Shown: in pieces, positions 30,561 through 41,271 of the stretch
Layout of the letters: the number at the start of each line of letters is the position of its first letter
Numbering within the stretch: the stretch's first letter is position 1
Source: an uncultured delta proteobacterium
GTDB taxonomy: Bacteria; Desulfobacterota; Binatia; UBA9968
Direction of reading: 5' to 3'
Length of the DNA stretch: 64,000 nucleotides
Assembly: GCA_963737905.1 (NCBI GenBank)
Contig: CAVTUQ010000026.1
Coordinates: 32,001 to 96,000, forward strand
The notes under the pieces: model-generated
Told to the model about the DNA's origin: nothing
The model's input: the letters and a program-made list of their open reading frames with translations, nothing else
Databases searched by the model: none
Position numbers and translations under genes: made by a program

Positions 30561-33500
30561 ATGGCTTCCACCACCAAAAAGGACACTAAGAAATCAAAGG
30601 CAAAACCGCAGCGCCCCTCCGTTAAAGAGGCCAAGCTGGTCCGGGAGAACAAGGAAATAAGGCGGGAGCGCGACGAGTCGCTCGAACGGGAAGCAGCGAC
30701 CAGCGACATCCTTCGGATGATCGCCAACTCGCCAGCGGAACTTCAGCCAGTGCTCGATGCAATTGCCGAGCGAGCTGCAAGACTGTGTGAAGCAGAAGAT
30801 GCTGCCATTTTTCGAGTGGATGGCAATTCTTACCGCCGTGCAGCCCACTTTGGACCAGTTTCCATGGCAACTGTTTTCGGTGAGGGCCGCGTTATTGATC
30901 GCGATACGCCACCGGGTCGAGCGATTGCCGACCGGCAAACGATCCACGTCCACGACCTTCAGGCCGCCGGAGCTGAATTTCCGGGTGCCAAGACCCGTGG
31001 AATTGCAATGGGCCTCCGTACGGTGCTCTCCGCACCGTTACTCCGTGAAGGTATTGCCATTGGTGCTATTCATATCCGCAGACGAGAGATCCGTCCGTTC
31101 TCGGATAAGCAAATTAAATTGCTGGAAACCTTTGCCGCCCAGGCCGTCATCGCCATCGAAAATGCCCGGCTGTTCCAAGAGTTTAAAGAGTCGTTGGAGC
31201 AGCAGACAGCCACGAGCGAGATTCTCGGTGTCATCGCCAGTTCGCCGACGGACATCCAGCCGGTGCTGGACGCCATCGCTAAGAGTGCCGGACGCTTGTG
31301 TAACGCAAAAGACGCAGTGATTCGATTCGTCGAAGGGGATGTGCTCCGATTGGCAGCTCACCAAGGACCCATTCCATTTTTTGGGGCGGCCCAAATACCG
31401 ATTAACCGTGCTTCAGTAACAGGCCGAGCCGTTGTCGAGGGTCTACCGGTTCATATTGAGGACTTTCTGTCTGTAGCCGCGACTGAGTTTCCCGAGCTTC
31501 TCAACGCCGGCGTTGAGCGAGAAGGTGATCGAACCCAACTGGCTGTCCCACTTATGCGCGAAGGTGTTGCGATTGGAGCGATTCTCATTCGCCGAATCGA
31601 AGTTGATCCTTTCACCGAAAAACAAATCGCTCTCGTAAAAACCTTCGCCGCTCAAGCCGTAATCGCCATCGAGAATGTCCGGTTGTTCAAGGAGATCCAG
31701 GAGCGCAATGCGGAATTGCGCGAGGCTCTTGAGCATCAGACCGCAACCTCAGAGGTGCTCGGCATCATCAGCCGCTCGCCCACAGACGTGCAGCCGGTTC
31801 TCGACGCCATCGTCGAGAGCGCGGCGCGGGTTTGTGGAATCGATGATGTGCTACTGCGACTCCGCGAGGGCAACGCTACGGTTCCGCGGGCTCATTTTGG
31901 TCCCATAGCCATTGGCCACCTCGAAATCAGCATTGATGCGCCGCAGTATCGCTGGATGCGCGATCATGGCGCGCTCCATATTCCCGATGTCCGCGCGCAA
32001 GACGAATTTCCAGTGATCGGTTCCCGCGGCAACTTTTGCAGCTACTTGGCCGCCCCCCTTTGTCAGCATGGGGAACTCATTGGAGTATTGAACGCGCGTC
32101 GCATCGAAGTCGCGCCCCTTCACCTCAGCGCAGATTAAACTATTGGAAACATTCGCCGACCAGGCGGTCATCGCCATCGAGAACGTGCGACTGTTCAAAG
32201 AACTCAAGAATCGTTGGAGCAGCAGACGGCGACCAGTGAGATATTGGGCGTTATCGCTAGTTCGCCGACGGACATTCAGCCGGTTTTAGATGTTGTCGCA
32301 GAAAATGCAGCGCGTCTCTGTGACGCCACTGATGCTGCAATCATTCGTGTTGAGGGCGAATCCTTAAAGGCTGTGGCTAATTACGGATCGCTGTCCGCCG
32401 CTTCTGACCCCCCATTCGACCGATTCTCTATACCTGCCCGAGCCATCATTGACCGGCAAACTATTCACATTCATGACCTTGCGGCAGTGCCGGAAGATGA
32501 GTTGCGAGCACGCTTTGCTCGAAGTCTCGGCGTTCGTACGGTACTTGCAACGCCGCTGCTCCGTGAGGATGTTTCCATTGGATCTATTCTGATCCGTCGG
32601 ACGGAGGTCCGTCCGTTCTCAGAAAAGCAGGTCGCTCTACTGAAGACTTTCGCCGCCCAGGCCGTGATCGCTATCGAGAACGTGCGGCTGTTCCAAGAAC
32701 TCAAGGAGTCGCTGGAGCAGCAAACTGCCACGAGTGAAATCTTGGGGGTGATCGCAAGCTCGCCGACGGAAGTTCAGCCGGTTCTTGATGCCATCGCCCG
32801 GAACGCAGCGCGGGTATGCGGATCCGATGACGCGACGATTCGCCTGCTTGAAGGTGAGGAGATGATCCCGGCGGCCCATTTCGGGTCGATCCCAATGCCT
32901 GGACCTGGCCGGGGAACCCTAGGATGGCGCTCGGTCGGCAACGAGGCTTTGCTCCAGCGCAGGACGATCCACATTCCAGACCTTCAGGCGGAGGCTGAGA
33001 GGTTCCCGGACAGCTCTCACATAGGGCGTGGTATTCGAACCTTTCTTGTCACCCCGTTGCTGCGTGAGGGGAGCGCCATCGGGGTCATCGCCATCCGGCG
33101 CAAGGAGGTCAAGCCTTTCACTGATAAGCAGGTGGTTTTGTTAGAGACATTTGCTTCACAGGCTGTGATTGCCATCGAGAACGTGCGGCTGTTCAAAGAA
33201 TTGCAAGAGCGCAATGCGGAATTGCGGGAGGCGCTGGAGCACCAGACGGCGACAGCCGAAGTGCTCGGCATCATCAGCCGCTCGCCCACCGACGTGCAGC
33301 CGGTCCTCGATGCCATCGTCGAAAGCGCCGCGCGAGTCTGCGGGATCGATGACGTGGTGTTGCGACTGGTTGAGGGACGCGCGACGGTGGTACGCGCTCA
33401 TTTTGGTCCCATACCCGTTGCTGGCCGCGAGATCAGTATTGAGGAGTTGCAGTTTCGCTGGGTTCGCGAGCACGGCGCCCTGCATGTTCCCGACGCCCGG

Positions 33501-36099
33501 GCGCAGAACGAATTTACGATGGTAAGCGCGCGAACCTTCTTGATAGTCCCGCTTCGTCAGCAGGGAGAGATGATCGGGGTGCTGGTCGCGCGGCGAATCG
33601 AAATCCATCCGTTTACCCCGGCGCAAATCAAACTGCTCGAAACCTTCGCTGACCAGGCGGTCATCGCCATTGAGAACGTGCGGTTGTTCCAAGAACTTAA
33701 GGAGTCGTTGGAGCAGCAAACGGCGACCAGTGAGATTCTTGGTGTGATCGCCAGCTCCCCGACAGATATACAGCCGGTGCTTGACGCGGTCGCGGAAAAC
33801 GCCGCGAAAATCACAGGATCAGACGATGCCCTCATCTACCGGGTGGACGGCGATAATTTGAGACGGGCCGCGAAGTATGGACCCAGAGAATGGGGACCGC
33901 TCGGAGAAATTGGACAACGGCTCACTCGTGGGACGCCTGCTGGAAGGGCCGTTATTGACCGGCAGGTAGTACATGTCCCGGATCTTCTCGCCGCGCAATC
34001 GGAGTTTCCCGACGTCAGACGACATCTGCAGTACGGCAGTCGGACCGTCCTGTCGACGCCTTTGCTGCGCGAGGGTGTGCCAATTGGGGTGATTCATATG
34101 CGCCGCACCGAGGTCCGACCTTTCTCGGACAAGCAAATCGCCTTGCTCAAGACCTTTGCTTCACAAGCCGTCATCGCCATCGAGAACGTCCGTCTGTTCC
34201 AAGAACTCAAGGAGTCGCTGGAGCAGCAAACCGCGACGAGTGAAATATTGGGTGTCATCGCCAGCTCGCCGACGGACATCCAGCCGGTGCTGGATGCGAT
34301 TGCGGCAGAATGCAGCGCGGTTGTGGAGCTGACGATGCAACGATTCGACTCGCTCGAGGGTGAAGAGATGGTCCTGCGCGGCTGCATTTCGGAGCGATAG
34401 CTATCCCGGGAACGGCGGCGACGAACCTCAGGACTCCGTTCGGTGGGCAACCAGCGTTAGTACGCGCAAGACGATCCACATTCCCGACCTTCGAGCGCGA
34501 GTCAGAACGAATTTCCCGGATAGCTCGCAATGGGTACCGGCGTTCGCGCACTTTTCTTGTGACGCCACTGCTACGTGAAGGGACAGCGATTGGTGTGATG
34601 ATCGATTCGCCGCATCGGAGGTGCGGCCTTTTACCGATAAGCAGATCGAGCTGCTCGAAACCTTCGCCGATCAGGCCGTGATCGCCATCGAGAACGTGCG
34701 GTTGTTTAAAGAATTGGACGAGCGAACCAACGAATTGACGCGCTCGGTGGGCGAGCTCAAAGCCCTCGGCGAAGTCGGTCAAGCGGTAAGCTCGACTCTG
34801 GATCTTGAAACCGTGCTGACGCGAATCGTTTCCCACGCTGTTCAGTTGAGCGGCACCGACGGCGGAGCGATTTACGAATACGACGAGTCCTCGGAAGAAT
34901 TTCTCCTGCGCGCCACCGATCACATGGAGGAAGAACTCATCAACGCTCTGCGTGCTAGTCCGCCGCGTCTGGGAGATGGAGTGGTCGGCCGGGCAGCAGC
35001 GAGTCGCGAACCGGTCCAGGTCCCCAATATCCTGGAGGAGCGCGGCTACGCGCCGCGCATGCGCCAGTTGCTGGAACGTTTCGGTTTCCGCGCCAGCCTG
35101 GCCGTTCCGTTGCTGCGCGAAGACCACATCATCGGTAGTCTAGTGGTAAGGCGAAAATCGATTGGCGACTTTCGCCCCGAAGTTATCGAGCTTTTGAAAA
35201 CCTTTGCCACCCAGTCTGTGTTAGCGATCCAAAACGCCCGGCTGTTCCGCGAGATCGAGGAAAAGAGCCGCCAGATCGAAGCGGCCAACCGGCACAAGTC
35301 GGAATTTCTCGCCAACATGTCCCATGAGCTCCGCACGCCGCTCAATGCCATCATCGGCTTCTCGGAAGTCTTGCGGGAGAGACTGTTTGGCGAGCTGAAC
35401 GAAAAACAAGCCGAGTACACCGACGACATTCTCACCTCCGGTCGCCATCTGTTGTCGCTAATCAATGAGATTCTCGATCTCTCCAAGGTCGAGGCCGGGC
35501 GCATGGAGCTGGAGCTGGCAACGTTCGATCTGCCGTTGGCAATCGACAATGCGCGCACCTTCGTGCGCGAGCGGGCCACCAGGCACGGCATCAATCTCGA
35601 TGTCTACGTTGACGAGCGGCTTGGAGACTTTGTCGGCGACGAGCGGAAGATCAAGCAGATACTTCTCAATCTGCTTTCCAACGCCGTGAAGTTCACGCCG
35701 GAGGGAGGACGGATCGGAATCAGCGCCAGGCAGACTGACGGCGCAGTGGAAATCTCGGTCAGTGACACGGGCATCGGCATCGCCGCGGAGGACCAGGCAA
35801 GAATTTTCGAGGAATTTCGCCAGGTGGGATCCGACTATGCGCACAAAAGCGAGGGGACAGGACTCGGGTTAACCTTGGCCAAGAAATTTGTCGAACTGCA
35901 TGGTGGCAGGATCTGGGTGGAGAGCGAAGTAGGGAAGGGATCGACATTTACCTTCACATTGCCGATCAACCCTCACCCATTCCCTCTCCCAGAGGGCGAG
36001 GGCTTAGAAAGTAAGGGAGGAAAATTCGAAACACGAAATCCGAAATTCGAAACAATTTCAAATGAGCAAGCAAAAACACAATGTTCCAATCAATCCTGA
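30561..36099 (+). CDS. Second giant cytoplasmic sensor histidine kinase (HK2), 9 tandem GAF domains plus HisKA-HATPase, about 1850 aa when repaired
   Basis: Same repeated junction motifs and H/N/G boxes as HK1; split over ORFs 30516, 32214, 34621; tail runs into repeat DNA. Confidence 0.9.
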
Positions 36100-36188
36100 T
36101 TCAGATTCGGCGCTTTTGGATTTTCCGAGTTTGAGATTTATTTGGCTGCGGTTTGTTTCGGATTTCAATATTCGGATTTCGGATTTTA
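35968..36188. repeat. REP-like CCCTCACCC..GAGGG hairpin plus second copy of the CGAAATCCGAAATTCG element
   Basis: ccctcacccattccctctcccagagggcgaggg; arms match 27923-28086. Confidence 0.75.
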
Positions 36189-36280
36189 ATCGTGTTGAGC
36201 TTGGCGCTTGGCGGGAGATATATCCGGGTTTGGAAAGGAGGATGTCGCGCAAAGATGATACTTACAGAAGGGAGATTGAT

Positions 36281-36691
36281 ATGAAAATCGACGGCGGTTG
36301 CCATTGCGGCAATATTACCTATACCGCGGAAATCGATCCCGAAAAAGTCGGTATATGCCATTGCACGGACTGCCAGACACTTTCCGGGACAGCATTTCGC
36401 ACGAGTGTGCGCGCAAACAACGACGCGTTTCAGTTGAAGGGCGGTCCGCCCAAGATCTATGTCAAGACCGCTGAAAGCGGCGCCAAACGCGCCCAGGCAT
36501 TCTGTCCGGAGTGTGGCACGCCGATCTATTCGGCGGCGGTGAAAGACCCGGATACTTTCAATATCCGCGTCGGGACCATACGGCAGCGGGCCGAGCTGAG
36601 GCCCAGGTCGCAAGGCTGGTGCCGGTCCGCACGAGACTGGGTGAATGATCTGCAATCGATAAAGCAGTTTGATAAACAGCGGGGCGGTTAA
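36281..36691 (+). CDS. GFA/CENP-V family protein
   Basis: GGCHCG, CHCTDCQ, FCPECGTP. Confidence 0.92.
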   Translation: MKIDGGCHCGNITYTAEIDPEKVGICHCTDCQTLSGTAFRTSVRANNDAFQLKGGPPKIYVKTAESGAKRAQAFCPECGTPIYSAAVKDPDTFNIRVGTIRQRAELRPRSQGWCRSARDWVNDLQSIKQFDKQRGG

Positions 36692-36756
36692 GGCAGTGGG
36701 TTGCGCTGGCCTACTTGGCCACTCTCGCTAAGCCAAAATCCGTTCGGAAATTAGCC

Positions 36757-36812
36757 CGATCGACCGTTTACACTTCAGGCGAAAGCCTGGGCTGTGAAGG
36801 GCACGGTTTGGC
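36757..36812 (+). pseudogene. Tiny 3' remnant of a methyltransferase like 11718-12482
   Basis: PFTLQAKAWAVKG; DNA resembles about 12430-12480. Confidence 0.7.
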
Positions 36813-36907
36813 GTTAGGGATGGTGATCAAGTGCTCTACGGTAGGGCGTTTTCGAGGTTGACACCTGAAATCCGTGCTCATAGACTTTGACTACTGAGGG
36901 AACTGAT

Positions 36908-37189
36908 ATGCGTTCACGTGCAGGGTCTCGACGTTTACAAAAGAAAAATGGGCGAGTAGAGAAAACGATACGAGAGTGGGAAAGATCATATCCGGATATG
37001 TGGATTCTCTTAGAGGTGACGGAACAAGTCAATAATGAACCGGTGCGCGGAAAAGTGATCGCGACTGCCGGTGATCCGGAGGAGTTTCAAACGGAATGGA
37101 AAAGACACCGGGGAAAAGGTGTCCTCACAATGCTGACCTACGGTCCTCCGCTCGAGCCTGGTCCGGCGGTGGTGGCCAGTGCCACGTAG
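36908..37189 (+). CDS. Small hypothetical protein partnered with an aspartyl protease (DUF5678-like role)
   Basis: YPDMWILLEV..GKVIA; overlaps the downstream protease gene. Confidence 0.6.
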   Translation: MRSRAGSRRLQKKNGRVEKTIREWERSYPDMWILLEVTEQVNNEPVRGKVIATAGDPEEFQTEWKRHRGKGVLTMLTYGPPLEPGPAVVASAT

Positions 37190-37556
37190 CTGGGCATCAT
37201 TTCCTCCTAATTCTCTGCCCGTTATAGCCCTTCGGATCAGTGATGTCATCATCAGGGCTTTGGTCGACACTGGCGCTTCTCAAAGCTTGATTGATCCCCG
37301 TTTAGTCAAACAACTCAGCCTTCAAGAAGACGGTCGCGGTTGGATTGTCGGCGTTGGCACAAAACCGCTCCAGGTCTCACTCGTATCGATTGAAGGTGCG
37401 GCAATCGGTCGTTGTATTCTGAATTCTTTCAGAGCGGGAACATTGGATTTGACCAATCTGAGGATCGGTGTCCAACTGATTCTCGGTATCAATTCCTTTG
37501 AAGGGTACCGTCTGCAATTCGATCTAGCAAAGGGGCGGCTCCATCTTTTGTCATAA
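37179..37556 (+). CDS. Retropepsin-like (clan AA) aspartyl protease
   Basis: ALVDTGASQS catalytic motif and ILG. Confidence 0.85.
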   Translation: MPRSWASFPPNSLPVIALRISDVIIRALVDTGASQSLIDPRLVKQLSLQEDGRGWIVGVGTKPLQVSLVSIEGAAIGRCILNSFRAGTLDLTNLRIGVQLILGINSFEGYRLQFDLAKGRLHLLS

Positions 37557-37752
37557 GGATAGACTGAGCGTTCGGACACACTTGTGAGGCTCAACATGGA
37601 AACTTGCCCAGTGGCGGGCGTCAGTTCTTCCTTGCGTACTCTTGATGAGATGAGATAGAAGTTCCCAAACGTGTGTTTAACACTACAACACTTTTGATTC
37701 TGGTGACGTAACCGCCATTGGTTGAATTGAGATGAAGGATAAAGGCGGAAGG

Positions 37753-38712
37753 ATGAAGGTCCGGATCGGCATCAGCCTGGGCGACGGTGCGCTGGACACC
37801 GCGTCGCCGGATAGTGTTCTCGAGTTTATCGACGATTGCGAGCGCTGGGACATCGACTCGGTGTGGGTCAGTGACCGCATCGCTGCCCCCAGGCCGACCC
37901 TCGAGCCCGTTGTATTTATGGCTTACCTGGCATCGCGCATGCGCAACATGAAGTTCGGCACGAGCGCCCTTGTGTTGCCGACCCGCCATCCCGTGGTGCT
38001 TGCCAAGCAGCTTGCTACGCTCGATTTTCTCTGCAAGGGAAGGCTTCTGCTTGTCGTGGGCATCGGCGGCGATGATTCACGCGACTTCGAGGCGACGGGG
38101 GTGCGCAAAGAAGAACGCGGCAAACGGGGCGATGAAGCGATCGTGCTGATGAAGAAACTGTGGACCGAGGAGCAAGTGACCTTCGAGGGACAGTTCTATT
38201 CGGTTCGTGATCTAACCTTGCTTCCACGGCCTTATCAAACAGGCGGACCGCCGGTTTGGGTCGGTGGCCGTAGCAAGGCCGCCTTTCGACGCGCAGGGCG
38301 TCTCGCCGACGGTTGGCTCGTTTCGTCCGTGACCCCGAGCGAAGTCGCGGCGGGCATCGAAGCGATCCGCAATCACGCCACGGAGGTTGGGCGGGAGATT
38401 CCTGAAGATCATTACGGAGTTTTAGTTCCTTATGTTTTCGCAAAGGATACCGAAGACGCTTTAAAAATTGCCGGCCCTTCCATTCGCAGGCGGCAAGACA
38501 TCCTTCCGTCTGATTACTCTGCCCTGGGCACACCGGACCAGGTGCGGAGAAAAATCCAAGAGTATATCGCCGCCGGCGCTACCAAGTTTGTCATGCGTCC
38601 CTACGGTCCAAAGGAAACGCATAGAGAACAAGTGCGAATTCTTGCCCAGGAAGTAATTCCGCCATTGCAGACGCCTTTCAGTCCGGCTGAGCGCGGCGAA
38701 CGATTAGGTTAA
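37753..38712 (+). CDS. LLM-class flavin-dependent oxidoreductase
   Basis: DSVWVSD, LAKQLATLDFL, GGPPVWVGG, RAGRLADGW. Confidence 0.92.
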   Translation: MKVRIGISLGDGALDTASPDSVLEFIDDCERWDIDSVWVSDRIAAPRPTLEPVVFMAYLASRMRNMKFGTSALVLPTRHPVVLAKQLATLDFLCKGRLLLVVGIGGDDSRDFEATGVRKEERGKRGDEAIVLMKKLWTEEQVTFEGQFYSVRDLTLLPRPYQTGGPPVWVGGRSKAAFRRAGRLADGWLVSSVTPSEVAAGIEAIRNHATEVGREIPEDHYGVLVPYVFAKDTEDALKIAGPSIRRRQDILPSDYSALGTPDQVRRKIQEYIAAGATKFVMRPYGPKETHREQVRILAQEVIPPLQTPFSPAERGERLG

Positions 38713-38831
38713 TACAGGAACCACAAGAGGCTATGTTCGAGGTCGCGGCAGCCCATCTTCTTGTACAGCACGCAACATGCGAACGAATGTTGCGGTTTGC
38801 ACGAGCGAAAAATACGCAGGAGGATAAGAGC

Positions 38832-39233
38832 ATGAAAATCGAAAGAGTAACCAGCCCTCATGTCGCGGAACCGCCGCCGGGTCGATGGTCCAATGCTTTG
38901 CGGGTCGGTGACATGCTGTTTGTCTCCGGCATGGTTTCCCGCGCCGGCGACGGCAGGACCATCGAAGGCCGCGATGAATACGAGCAGGCGAAAGTGATTT
39001 TCGGCAAGATCCGCGGCCTCGTGGAGGCGGCGGGAGGCGCCATGGCGGACATCGTAAAGGTGACCATTTATGTCGTCAACATCAAGAACAATACCGAAGT
39101 GTGGCGCGCGCGTCAGGAGTTCTTTAGCGGTGATTTTCCATGCTCTACGCTGGTCGAAGTCAGGAGCCTTGCGACCCCCGAGATTCTCGTCGAGATCGAA
39201 GCGATCGCTTGTATCGGTGCCGGCAAACGATAA
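38832..39233 (+). CDS. RidA/YjgF family protein
   Basis: LFVSG, DIVKVTIYV, PCSTLVEVRSL, LVEIEAIA. Confidence 0.92.
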   Translation: MKIERVTSPHVAEPPPGRWSNALRVGDMLFVSGMVSRAGDGRTIEGRDEYEQAKVIFGKIRGLVEAAGGAMADIVKVTIYVVNIKNNTEVWRARQEFFSGDFPCSTLVEVRSLATPEILVEIEAIACIGAGKR

Positions 39234-39305
39234 GGCAGGTGACATCTCCAGCGACAGAATAATAGAACTCAGCGCATCCCACCGACATCCCTCGTCTGGA
39301 GGAAT

Positions 39306-40349
39306 ATGATGAAAATTGATTTTTTCAGAGGTTTGGTGCCGAAACGGAAAAAATCATGTTACCCACTGCCGGTTGTGCTCTGGTTCTTGCTGATGCTCTC
39401 TCTTCCTGGCACTTCGAGCGCCGCGGATAAACTCGTTTTCGGCTGGAGTGCCATCGCGGGTTCCCAGGCGGTTCCGTGGATTACGAAAGAGGCGGGGCTT
39501 TTCGAGAAGCATGGGCTGGACACGACGCTCATCTATCTGGACGGAGGATCCAGAGCGATTCAGGTCTTGCTTTCGGGTGAGGTGCCTATCGTTCAAGGCG
39601 GCGGCAACTCGCCGGTCGCGGCGCGCTTGCGCGGCGGTGATGTGACCTTGATCGCGGGTATCGTGAATGTCCTTGCCTACAGTTTGATCGTCCATCCGGA
39701 GATCAAACGGCCGGAGGATCTCCGCGGCAAGAAATTGGCGATTAGCCGCTATGGCTCCAATTCGGACTATGCGACGCGCAAAATTTTGATCAAGTGGGGA
39801 CTTAAGCCGGACACGGATGTTGCCATCATCCAAATTCCCGGAGGTCAACCCACAAGACTTGCCGCGGTACAGAACGGACAGGTCGCCGGGCTCGTTGCGC
39901 AGCCGCCGGTGACGGTGCTTGCGCGCAAGGCGCGTCTTAACAGTCTTGCGGAGCCCTCGGACTTTGGCAGCGCCTATACGAACACACCGATCGCTGCCAC
40001 CGGTGCCTTCATTAAAGACCGGAGGGATACTGTCCGGCGATTCACGCGAGCTTTGGTTGAGGGAATCTTCGTCTATAAGACTCAAAAAGAGTTCAGCAAG
40101 CGCGTCATCGCGAAATACATGCGGGTAAACGATCCCGACGCCGTTGAGGATAGCTACCAGTTTTTCTCTCCCGTTGTCCCGTCCAAACCCTACCCGCCAC
40201 TGGATGGGATCAAGGAAGTTCTTTTGGAGTTGGGAGAGAAGGATCCCAAAGCCCGCGGCGCAAAGCCTGAAGATTTTGCGGACTCGAGCTTTGTGAAGGA
40301 GCTGGATGATAATGGTTTCATCGACGGGCTTTACAAAAGCAAGCGATGA
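39306..40349 (+). CDS. NitT/TauT-type ABC solute-binding protein
   Basis: Signal peptide, GLFEKHGLD, EDLRGKKLAISRYGS, DFADSSFVKELD. Confidence 0.9.
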   Translation: MMKIDFFRGLVPKRKKSCYPLPVVLWFLLMLSLPGTSSAADKLVFGWSAIAGSQAVPWITKEAGLFEKHGLDTTLIYLDGGSRAIQVLLSGEVPIVQGGGNSPVAARLRGGDVTLIAGIVNVLAYSLIVHPEIKRPEDLRGKKLAISRYGSNSDYATRKILIKWGLKPDTDVAIIQIPGGQPTRLAAVQNGQVAGLVAQPPVTVLARKARLNSLAEPSDFGSAYTNTPIAATGAFIKDRRDTVRRFTRALVEGIFVYKTQKEFSKRVIAKYMRVNDPDAVEDSYQFFSPVVPSKPYPPLDGIKEVLLELGEKDPKARGAKPEDFADSSFVKELDDNGFIDGLYKSKR

Positions 40350-40373
40350 TCGCCTCGGAAAGTACCTGGTGCG

Positions 40374-41213
40374 ATGACTGACAAAGGAAACGAAAAACGC
40401 GAAGAAAGCCTCCGCGTATTTAGCCAAGCTGCCACCATTTATGACCGGATCGGTCCGGGAATTTTTTCCCATTTCGGTAGACGGCTTATTGATCTCGCTG
40501 AAATTAAAGCTGGCGCCAATGTGCTTGACGTAGCGGCAGGGCGAGGGGCGTTGTTGTTTCCGGCGACTGCGAAGGTTGGACCTGCTGGGCATGTTACTGC
40601 TATCGACTTTTCGCCGGATATGGTGCGGGAGACCGCTAAAGATATTGAGAGCCATAAATTGCATAACGCTGAAATCCGTCAGATGGACGCCGAACAAATG
40701 ATTTTTTCGGACGCGTCCTTCGATTAGGTCGTGTGCGGCTTTGCGCTATGGATGTTCACTGAACCCGCGCGCGTTCTCCAGGAATTTTACCGTGTACTCA
40801 GGCACGGCGGGCGGATCGCGCTTAGTACGTGGGCGGCGGACAATCCATCTCAGGTTTGGTGTAATGAAGTGCTGCGGCCCTACGTGCCGGCGCCCGCGTC
40901 AAAGGCAGTGGCTTCGAAGGACGACTCCAGGTTCGATATGCCCTTGCAGTTAGAAACGGCGCTACGAGATGCCGGTTTTTCAAGTATAGAAATTACCGAG
41001 GAACAAAAAGATTTCGCCTATGCCAGCGAGGAAGACTTTTGGCAATCTCTTTGGTCGGCTGGGATACGACGGCAACTCGAAAAAATGACGCCGGCGGGAC
41101 TTGAACAGGCCAAGAGCGACGTGTTTCAAAAGTTGCAGGCGATGAAGAAACCCGACGGATTCCACAAGCGGAATCATGCTTTATTCGCCTTCGGTACAAA
41201 GCCGGTTGTGTGA
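40374..41213 (+). pseudogene. Class I SAM methyltransferase interrupted by an in-frame TAG (40725-40727)
   Basis: VLDVAAGRG..MDAEQ..ASFD*VVCGF..RVLRHGG in a single frame. Confidence 0.85.
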
Positions 41214-41271
41214 TGCGGAGATTTCTAGTGAACGAGCGTGCCTTTAAATAAGACCGAAAATACGTTGATCG

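Noticed and set aside
21550-35250. CRISPR array or diversity-generating retroelement explanation for the repeats
   Set aside because: The period is about 500 nt and protein-coding. There are no cas or reverse transcriptase genes, and I noticed no adenine-specific TR/VR mismatch pattern.
22224-35844. Many recurring antisense ORFs over the GAF kinases
   Set aside because: These are shadows of repeated high-GC coding sequence with no independent motifs or RBS.
39354-40697. 447-aa minus-strand ORF (also 14103-15188 and 15353-16429)
   Set aside because: Each is fully antisense to well-supported genes and has no recognisable domain.
40725-40727. Pyrrolysine or genome-wide TAG recoding
   Set aside because: It is a single case, TAG is used as a normal stop elsewhere, and no pyl genes are in the window.
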